Assembly: GCA_963836515.1 (NCBI GenBank)
Contig: CAWIJX010000006.1
Location: 324,809 to 388,808 of the forward strand
DNA length: 64,000 nt
Direction of reading: 5' to 3'
From: an uncultured Phycisphaerales bacterium
Lineage (GTDB): Bacteria > Planctomycetota > Phycisphaerae > Tepidisphaerales > Tepidisphaeraceae
Each line of letters starts with the position of its first letter. Positions within the stretch are counted from its first letter, which is position 1. The position numbers and the translations under genes are program-made. Positions 57,362-64,000 of this stretch are shown here, piece by piece. Below the pieces are notes generated by a model. It did no database searches, was not told where the DNA came from, and was given only the letters and a program-made list of their open reading frames with translations.

Positions 57362-58834
57362 TCAATACCCCATCCCACTCAGATTATTGACGAGGAACGT
57401 GTTGAACTGCCACGCATCCTCATCCTTCGGCCGGGGCACGCCGAACTTCTCGTACAAGTGGCTCCAGCTCTTCAGCGGCGTCCAATCGGCCGGCTCGGAG
57501 ATATACGGCCCAAGGTACGGCTTGGCATGCTTGAGCACGAACTCGTACGGAAGCTGGTCCGGCAGGCACACGCCTTCGTTGGGGTTCTCGATCATCCACA
57601 GGGCGGCCGACAACACCGAGCACGCCACCTGCAGCGTGGTCGCGTTCTGGTGGGGCACGAGCCGGCGCGTTTCCTCGATGTCCAGCAGCGAGCCGATCCA
57701 CCAGCTCTTATAGTCATGCCCCATCAGCAGGCACCCCAGGATGTCCTGGCCGCTGGTGATGTCATCCTCCATGATGCGGAGCTTGGGCTGAAGCTCGTAG
57801 TTGCGCATGTGCAGCTCCCAGAGGCTGGCGATGGCCGAATCGCACGGGCAATACGCGTAGTGAACGGTGGGACGGTACACCGGCATGCCGTTCTCGACGA
57901 CGGTGAGGTGTTCGCTGATCGAGAACGACTCGCCGTGGCGGATGACCATGCCGACGATCTCGCAATTCGGCACCCACGAGCGCACCCAGGTGCGGCAGCC
58001 CATCTGCGCCAGGCAGATCTGGTTCATCGGGCCGTTGTCGTGGAAGCACGCGCGCGGCGGAACCGTTCGCTCGTGCGTGCCCCAGCCCATTTCGGCCGGC
58101 GCCACGCCTTCCTCGCGGAAGCCTTCGATCGACCATGTGTTGACGAACTCATCCACGCCCTTGGGCTGATTGGTGATCTGCGTGTCGCGCTCGCTGATGT
58201 GGATCGTCTTCACGCCCAGGTGCATCGCCAGCCGATTGAACTGCCGCGACCGCAGCGCATCCTCGATCAGATCGCGCTGGGCCGACTTTCCTTGGTTGTC
58301 CGCCAGCCACCTGCCGGCGATGTCCTTCAACGCATCCTTGGTAAAGTGCTGCACCAGGCCGGGATTGGCGCCGTGGTCGAGCACGGCCGTCGGGCCTTTC
58401 TTGTTCTTCCAGCCGGCGATCATCCGCCGCAGGTCCATGTGCCGCGCGTAAAGAGTGCGCTGCTGCGGCGTCTTGAGGGCAGCGCCTTCGTAGGGATCCC
58501 ACATTTCCACGGACGTATTCACGTATCGCACGCCGTGATCGTGGCACCACTGGAGGATGTCCGAGCAGCCGATGTTCCACGCCAGGTCGATGACCATGTC
58601 GCCCGGGCCGACGTACTTGCCCAACAGCTCGCCCATGTTTTCGCGCGTGATTTTGTCCTTGACGAAGTTCGCGCCGCCGCTGGTGACCTGCCGGGCGGCA
58701 TCGCCGACGTCAGCGAAGTCCATGACCGTGATACGCTTGCGGTCCATCTCAAAGTGCTTGAAGACCAGCGGGACCGTACACCGCGAAACCGCCCCCAACC
58801 CAATCACCAGTACCTTGCCGTCGAACTTCATCAT
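57362..58834 (-). CDS. hss: homospermidine synthase (bacterial NAD-dependent Hss)
   Basis: 'MMKFDGKVLVIGLGAVSRCTVPLVFKH', 490 aa, full-length similarity to bacterial Hss. Confidence 0.85.
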   Translation of the reverse strand: MMKFDGKVLVIGLGAVSRCTVPLVFKHFEMDRKRITVMDFADVGDAARQVTSGGANFVKDKITRENMGELLGKYVGPGDMVIDLAWNIGCSDILQWCHDHGVRYVNTSVEMWDPYEGAALKTPQQRTLYARHMDLRRMIAGWKNKKGPTAVLDHGANPGLVQHFTKDALKDIAGRWLADNQGKSAQRDLIEDALRSRQFNRLAMHLGVKTIHISERDTQITNQPKGVDEFVNTWSIEGFREEGVAPAEMGWGTHERTVPPRACFHDNGPMNQICLAQMGCRTWVRSWVPNCEIVGMVIRHGESFSISEHLTVVENGMPVYRPTVHYAYCPCDSAIASLWELHMRNYELQPKLRIMEDDITSGQDILGCLLMGHDYKSWWIGSLLDIEETRRLVPHQNATTLQVACSVLSAALWMIENPNEGVCLPDQLPYEFVLKHAKPYLGPYISEPADWTPLKSWSHLYEKFGVPRPKDEDAWQFNTFLVNNLSGMGY

Positions 58835-58904
58835 GCATCCTCAGCTAAATGCCCGGACTGAAAAGTTGTAAGCCGCCCCAATATTGGTTTGAGCGCGCGG
58901 TTGT

Positions 58905-59055
58905 CAACCCCATAGGTCCGTCGTCCGTGGTCCGTAGACGGGTCAATGGTCCCTTGGTCAGTTGCGAGAGCCCAACAATCCCAAACCTGAGTGGCACATC
59001 CACTGACCAAGGACTAACGGACCCAACTACTGACCACTGACCACTGACAATCGCC
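58905..59055. repeat. palindromic repeat element, copy 4
   Basis: Arms 'gacgggtcaatggtcccttggtcagttgc' and 'ccactgaccaaggactaacggacccaactactgacc'. Confidence 0.7.
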
Positions 59056-59071
59056 CCTGACGCTTGGCGCT

Positions 59072-59926
59072 TCAGATCTTGCCGCGCCAGATCCACACGA
59101 ACAGCCCGCACGCCAGGGCAATGCGATAGACCGCAAACGGCACGAACCCGCGGTTCCTCACCCAATGCATGAACCACGCCACGACCGCCAGCGCCACGAT
59201 GAACGAGACCACGAATCCGATCCCCAGCACGATCCATGGGTGCGATGGGCCGAGCGGATCGTGCATAACCACGCCGGCGTGCTTGACCGACTTGAGAAAC
59301 TGATAACCCGTCGCCGCCATCATCGTCGGGATCGACAGGAAGAACGAAAACTCCAGCGCTGCGCTTCGCGACATCTCCACCACCTGGCCGGCCGCGATCG
59401 TCGACATCGAGCGGCTGGTTCCGGGGAACACGGCCGAGAGGATCTGCATCGCCCCAATCCAGACGGCCCGCGGCAGGTTCATGTCCTCCATGTGCATGAT
59501 ACGCGGATGCGTATACACGACATCCACGATCCACATGATGATCCCGCCGACCAGCAGCGCGGTCGCCATGATCCACAGTTGTTCCAGCGCATCCTCGATG
59601 TGCTTGTGCAGAAGATACGCGGGGATCGCCGTCACGACGAATGCGACGAGTATGAGGCCCAGCGGGTGGGTCCAGATGGTGCGGTCGCCCTTTTCGCCGC
59701 GAGGGAAAGTCCGGACGAGCTTCGCGATGCGCTCGCGGAAATACGCCAGCAGGCTGAGGATGGCCCCGAGTTGGATCACGATCGAGTACATCTTCCAATA
59801 GGGGCTTTCGAGATTCAGCTTGAGCGCGGCTTCCGTGATCCGCAAGTGGGCCGTCGAGCTCACCGGCAGGAACTCGGTCAGGCCTTCGACGATCCCCAGC
59901 AACACGGAAAGCAGCAGTTCGTTCAC
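59072..59926 (-). CDS. uppP: undecaprenyl-diphosphatase
   Basis: 'GIVEGLTEFLPVSSTAHL', 'PGTSRSMSTI', 284 aa. Confidence 0.9.
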   Translation of the reverse strand: MNELLLSVLLGIVEGLTEFLPVSSTAHLRITEAALKLNLESPYWKMYSIVIQLGAILSLLAYFRERIAKLVRTFPRGEKGDRTIWTHPLGLILVAFVVTAIPAYLLHKHIEDALEQLWIMATALLVGGIIMWIVDVVYTHPRIMHMEDMNLPRAVWIGAMQILSAVFPGTSRSMSTIAAGQVVEMSRSAALEFSFFLSIPTMMAATGYQFLKSVKHAGVVMHDPLGPSHPWIVLGIGFVVSFIVALAVVAWFMHWVRNRGFVPFAVYRIALACGLFVWIWRGKI

Positions 59927-59947
59927 GGGGTCCTCTTTTGAGCAAAA

Positions 59948-60625
59948 CTAGCGGATCGTGAGATGGCGGTCCTCGCTGGACTTCATACCGTCGCCATACA
60001 GCCTGATGGCCCGACGCACGTACGTAAAGCCGCTGATGATCGTCCAGGCGATTGTCGACCAGATGAAGACATCGCGGATGACCCGCGCCACATATTCCAC
60101 GCGAGGGTGCCCCTGCCGGACCAGCGGGTGCAGGTAGTTCACGTAAATGAGGATGACGAGAATGGTGACCGACTGAAGCACCATCTTGAACTTGCCCGAG
60201 AACGCCGCGCCGAAGCTCTGCCCGGCCGACTCCGAGACGCCGCGCAGGGTCGTCACGAGCAGCTCCCGCGCCAGCAGGATCACCACCATGAACGGCGCTA
60301 CGCCGGTGATGGTCTTCACCACCCAGCGTTGTTCCGCCGGGATGATGAAGTTCTTTCCAGCGAAAAAGATGAACGACCCGAGCACGAGCACCTTATCGAC
60401 AAACGGATCGACAATCCGGCCAAAGACGCCTTCGACCTTCCATTTCCGGGCAAGGTAGCCATCCAGGAAATCGGTCACAAGCGCAATCACGTAAACGAGC
60501 AACGCCACGTTCAGGAATGTCGGGTCGCCCCGTCCTTCGTACTGATACCACGACAGCATCGAGAAGAACGCGAAGCTCAACAGCAGCCGGAGCATCGTGA
60601 GTGCATTGGGAACGTGCCGAAACAT
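59948..60625 (-). CDS. CDP-alcohol phosphatidyltransferase (PgsA-like)
   Basis: 'TDFLDGYLARKWKVEGVFGRIVDPFVDKV' D-G-x2-A-R...G-x3-D-x3-D motif. Confidence 0.8.
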   Translation of the reverse strand: MFRHVPNALTMLRLLLSFAFFSMLSWYQYEGRGDPTFLNVALLVYVIALVTDFLDGYLARKWKVEGVFGRIVDPFVDKVLVLGSFIFFAGKNFIIPAEQRWVVKTITGVAPFMVVILLARELLVTTLRGVSESAGQSFGAAFSGKFKMVLQSVTILVILIYVNYLHPLVRQGHPRVEYVARVIRDVFIWSTIAWTIISGFTYVRRAIRLYGDGMKSSEDRHLTIR

Positions 60626-61233
60626 CTGCGGCCGATTGTACGGGCAACGCGCGCCTGGGCAATGGCTGCCGCCTCATCCGATGTGTAGCGCCTGTCACTT
60701 TTGCACCCTTTTGTTGACCGACCCTGGAGGCCCGCTAATATAGAAGCCGCCATAAGACAGCCCTCCAGCGCCCCGCCGCTAGCCCTCCAGCGACGGGGCG
60801 CTACTTTTCCCCTTGGTGCCAACTCTCGCTGCCATAGGTGCTTGCAGCCGGATTCTCCGCGACCCTGCCTGCTTATCCGGACCTGTCACTAAAGGCTGTC
60901 AAAATGGACGCCGCCGCCTTTCGGCGGGCATATTACCCAGGCCCCAAACCGTACTTCGGGGTCGAGTTGGCCGAACATTGACATGCGCATGCGCGGGAGG
61001 TAGAGTTGAAAAACTTGGGTTTACGCGGCACCACACGCCGGCGACGGCGGAGCGCAACTCGGGCACAGAAAAGCGAGAAGAGTAATTCCGTGGCCAAACC
61101 GATACCAAGAAAGACCACGAAACCGCGGGCGGGCGAGGCCCGCAGCCGGCTCAGGCATTCAACCAAGCCTGCCGCTCGCCCGGTCGAGCGCCCGGCCGCC
61201 AAACCCATTAAAGAAGATGATGGGCACGCCGTG

Positions 61234-61659
61234 ATGAAGAACAACAAGCCCGCGCACAGCCTTATAAATCCGAAGAACCAGGCTGGATTGAAAGCAAGGG
61301 AACTTGAGGTCTTCCGCTCGCTGCTTCTGGCCAAGCGCCGCGAGCTTCTCGGCGATGTGGACTCCATGGAGGAAGAGGCCCTTCGCTCCGTCGGCGGCAG
61401 CAACCTCTCCAACCTCCCCATCCATATGGCCGACATGGGAACGGACAACTACGAGCAGGAGTTCACCCTCGGGCTGGTCGAGAAGGATCGCCGGCTGCTG
61501 CAGGAGATCACGCTCGCCCTGGGAAAACTTCGCGACGGCACCTACGGCATGTGCGAGGGCACCGGCAAGCCCATCAGCAAGGCGCGCCTCGAAGCTCAAC
61601 CGTGGGCCCGTTATTCCATCGAGCACGCCCGCAAGATCGAGCAGGGACTGGGCCGCTGA
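61234..61659 (+). CDS. DksA/TraR-family C4-type zinc-finger protein (start uncertain; the ORF extends to 61006)
   Basis: 'GTYGMCEGTGKPISKARLEAQPWARYSIEHARKIE' and a coiled-coil N-domain. Confidence 0.7.
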   Translation: MKNNKPAHSLINPKNQAGLKARELEVFRSLLLAKRRELLGDVDSMEEEALRSVGGSNLSNLPIHMADMGTDNYEQEFTLGLVEKDRRLLQEITLALGKLRDGTYGMCEGTGKPISKARLEAQPWARYSIEHARKIEQGLGR

Positions 61660-61723
61660 CAGGATTGCCGTCGTCAGTTGCGCGGCATGGCGCGGACCTG
61701 ACGGACGATAACACGCGTCGCAC

Positions 61724-62281
61724 ATGCTGTTTCCCAACGATAACTTCAAACGCAGCGCCGCCCTGGCCAGCTTCCTGCTGACCGCGCTACTGGCCTTCGC
61801 TTTGGATCTCTACACCAAGCACGCCGCGTTTCAGACCCTGGTCAGCCAGGTGGTGCGGGAGCACGATGGCAGTTACCGTGCCATCCACCAGCGCACGATC
61901 AAGTTCATACCCGGCTTCCTGACGTTTGAAGCGACCGTCAACCAGGGCGCGGTTTTCGGCATCGGCCAGGGTCGGCGTATTCTCTTCGTTGCGGTCTCGG
62001 GCGCGGCCATCCTCTTCCTCTTCTATTTGTTTGCGCACAGCGGCCGCCAGTGCCTCTACCAGATTATCCTGGGCATGCTCCTGGCTGGCGTTCTGGGCAA
62101 CCTCTATGATCGCCTGACCCTTGGCTACGTGCGCGACATGATCCACGTGCTGCTGGGCCGCGACGACCTGTTTCCCTGGATCTTCAACGTGGCCGACATG
62201 CTGCTCTGCACCGGCGTTGCGCTGATGGTCCTCTATACCCTCTTCGTCGGCGATCAGCGCAAGGCCGCTCCTGCGCCGTAG
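61724..62281 (+). CDS. lspA: lipoprotein signal peptidase II
   Basis: 'GNLYDRLTLGYVRDMI', 'FNVADMLLCTGV', 185 aa. Confidence 0.85.
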   Translation: MLFPNDNFKRSAALASFLLTALLAFALDLYTKHAAFQTLVSQVVREHDGSYRAIHQRTIKFIPGFLTFEATVNQGAVFGIGQGRRILFVAVSGAAILFLFYLFAHSGRQCLYQIILGMLLAGVLGNLYDRLTLGYVRDMIHVLLGRDDLFPWIFNVADMLLCTGVALMVLYTLFVGDQRKAAPAP

Positions 62282-63481
62282 ATGCGGCCGTTGGGGCGGC
62301 TTCAGCCGCCGCGCCTGGCCGCCCTTCGCATGGACCCATCGCCAACCAACCTCATGCGACGCGCCCTCGACCTGGCCCGCCTTGGCCGCGGCCGGGTCGA
62401 GCCCAATCCCATGGTCGGCTGCGTTATCGAGAAAGCCGGCCGGATCATCGGCGAGGGCTATCACCGCCGTTTCGGCGGGCCCCATGCCGAAATCGAAGCT
62501 CTTGCCTCATGCACCGAAAGCCCGGCCGGCGCCACCGCCTGCGTGACCCTCGAGCCCTGCTGTCACACCAACAAGAAGACGCCGCCCTGCGTGCCCGCCA
62601 TCGTGGCCGCAAAGCTGGCCCGGGTTGTCGTCGCATGCCGCGACCCCAATCCCGCCGTTGCCGGCCAGGGCATCGAGCAGCTTCGCCAAGCCGGCATTGC
62701 GGTGGAGTCGGGCCTTCTCGAACCGCAGGCCCGGCAGCTCAACGCGCCGTACTTCGCCCGCGTGCTGCACAATCGCCCGTACGTGACCCTCAAATGGGCG
62801 CAGAGCGCCGATGGCAAACTGGCCGGGCCAGGCAATTGCCGCATCCAGATCAGCAACGAGCATTCGATGAGGCTCGTGCATGAGCTGCGATCGCGTTGCG
62901 ACGCGATCCTCGTCGGCATCGGCACCGTCCTGGCCGACGATCCACTGCTGACGGTGCGAGACGTGCAACCCTCGCGTGAACTGCTGCGGGTTGTCCTCGA
63001 TTCTGCGCTCCGGCTGGCGCTCGATTCCCAACTCGTGCGCACAGCGCGCGAGCACCCGCTCCTCGTCTACTACGCTGACCCTGACACGGCATCCGCTCGC
63101 GCCTTGCAGCAAGCCGGCGTCGAGGTGGTTGGTCTCTCGAAGGGCGAGGATGGCCGCCTCGATATCCAGACCGCGCTGCACGACCTGGCCGCGCGCGATG
63201 TCACGCACCTGCTCGTCGAAGGCGGCGCCACGATCCTGGCCAGCTTTCTGTCACAGAATCTAGCGGATCGAGTCTGGGTGTTCACGTCGCCCATGCGGAT
63301 TGGCGATGGGGTCGTCGCGCCGTTCTGTCGGTGGGGCAGACATTCTTGTCTGCCATCATCTATGGCAGACAAGAATGTCTGCCCCACCGACAGAGATCAG
63401 CTTGTGGAAATGCTCAACCCCGCCAGCCCCGTGTTCTTCCACCTCGATCCATCCGCGGACTTCCCAGATCCCGTTCCGTGA
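62282..63481 (+). CDS. ribD: bifunctional riboflavin biosynthesis deaminase/reductase RibD
   Basis: 'HAEIEAL...CVTLEPCCH' deaminase zinc motif; reductase domain 'TLKWAQSADGKLAG...ILVGIGTVLADDPLLTVR'. A 33-bp perfect inverted repeat sits in its 3' end. Confidence 0.85.
   Translation: MRPLGRLQPPRLAALRMDPSPTNLMRRALDLARLGRGRVEPNPMVGCVIEKAGRIIGEGYHRRFGGPHAEIEALASCTESPAGATACVTLEPCCHTNKKTPPCVPAIVAAKLARVVVACRDPNPAVAGQGIEQLRQAGIAVESGLLEPQARQLNAPYFARVLHNRPYVTLKWAQSADGKLAGPGNCRIQISNEHSMRLVHELRSRCDAILVGIGTVLADDPLLTVRDVQPSRELLRVVLDSALRLALDSQLVRTAREHPLLVYYADPDTASARALQQAGVEVVGLSKGEDGRLDIQTALHDLAARDVTHLLVEGGATILASFLSQNLADRVWVFTSPMRIGDGVVAPFCRWGRHSCLPSSMADKNVCPTDRDQLVEMLNPASPVFFHLDPSADFPDPVP
63324..63393. 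repeat. perfect 33-bp inverted repeat with 5-nt loop (CTGTCGGTGGGGCAGACATTCTTGTCTGCCAT-catct-ATGGCAGACAAGAATGTCTGCCCCACCGACAG) embedded in the ribD 3' coding region
   Basis: Seen directly. 71 nt, no mismatches. Confidence 0.9.
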
Positions 63482-63547
63482 CTCGTGGAGCGAGCCGCCC
63501 TCGGCCGCGGTTCTGCACGGCGGAGGGCCGCACGTGCCACGGTTGGG

Positions 63548-64000
63548 CTATTGGCGCTGATTGGCCAACGCCACCTCCACCATCTCCTCCGCCAGCTTGC
63601 TGATGGAGACCTCGTGATACCGGTCCACGCCCGTCCGCAGCGTGTCGTTCATGCGCCACGTCCATTTGTTCGGCAGTTTCTTCACGCCGTGCATCACGCC
63701 CCAGACGCTGCCGGCCGTCGCGCCGTTGCAGTCCGTGTCGAACCCCGGCATCACCGCGCGGCAGATCGTCTTCTCATAATCATCCTCGCCCCACAGCAAC
63801 GCCGCGGCCACGATCTGCGCGTTGGAATTGGTATGGCACCAGTCGTGCGACTCGGCCTCGTTCCATTGCGCATGGATCATCGCCACGACGTCTTCGTAAT
63901 TCGCCTTCTTCTCCCGGCGCTCAGAATCTTCTCCACATCCTCCCTCAGCCGGCAGTTGGCCGGAATCTGCGCCAGGCCCGCGCGAATCACCGCCGCGCAG
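63548..64000 (-). CDS. ADP-ribosylglycohydrolase-family protein, C-terminal part; the gene continues beyond the window end
   Basis: 'GFDTDCNGATAGSVWGVMHG' matches the DraG/ARH family. Confidence 0.55.
   Translation of the reverse strand: MRGGDSRGPGADSGQLPAEGGCGEDSERREKKANYEDVVAMIHAQWNEAESHDWCHTNSNAQIVAAALLWGEDDYEKTICRAVMPGFDTDCNGATAGSVWGVMHGVKKLPNKWTWRMNDTLRTGVDRYHEVSISKLAEEMVEVALANQRQ

Noticed and set aside
60840-60900. SRP (4.5S) RNA-like 'AGGTCCGGA...AGCAG' on the minus strand
   Set aside because: It lacks the conserved GGAAGGAAGCAGC domain-IV loop and a complementary 3' strand, so the resemblance is limited to one 9-mer.
1-64000. tRNA, rRNA or tmRNA genes
   Set aside because: I scanned intergenic regions for GGTTCGAATCC/GGTTCAAATCC T-loop words and for the tmRNA tag-coding or 3' CCA context and found none. 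A proper tRNAscan or Infernal run is needed to be certain.

Overview
This 64-kb window is high-GC bacterial chromosomal DNA. Gene content points to Planctomycetota: a DUF1501 protein, a Tat-signal Gfo/Idh/MocA oxidoreductase, giant secreted TPR proteins, a very long signal peptidase I and a homospermidine synthase. I can support about 60 protein-coding genes. The housekeeping set includes dnaA, trxA, def, moaC, lepB, lspA, lgt, uppP, pgsA-like, ribD, dksA-like and uracil-DNA glycosylase, plus three polyamine enzymes (ornithine decarboxylase, a deoxyhypusine-synthase-like enzyme and homospermidine synthase). Other identifiable blocks are envelope and LPS genes (a GT9 heptosyltransferase, a WecA-like transferase and a Wzy_C/TPR O-antigen-ligase-like protein), an nfeD-floT-channel operon, and a TPR-exbB-exbD-exbD cluster downstream of two giant TPR proteins. 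About 25 genes are split across overlapping ORFs in different frames, each piece with clean homology, so the assembly appears to carry many single-base indels. I treat these as probable sequencing artefacts, although real pseudogenisation cannot be excluded. The best candidate for a novel system is a RiPP biosynthetic cluster at 51.9-57.0 kb on the minus strand: a GAF protein, an S8 peptidase, a Nif11-type leader precursor and two tandem radical-SAM/SPASM maturases. The precursor's Cys/Tyr-rich core only becomes readable after correcting one base in a homopolymer. Accessory and mobile content is concentrated in several patches: an IS630 insertion next to an orphan PIN toxin, a decayed REP-associated tyrosine transposase (RAYT) beside REP-like palindromes, a HigB/HigA-like pair, an XRE-ImmA-MttB-XRE module with near-consensus sigma70 promoters and palindromic operators, and several families of dispersed short repeats and large perfect hairpins. 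I could not recognise any rRNA, tRNA or CRISPR array by eye.
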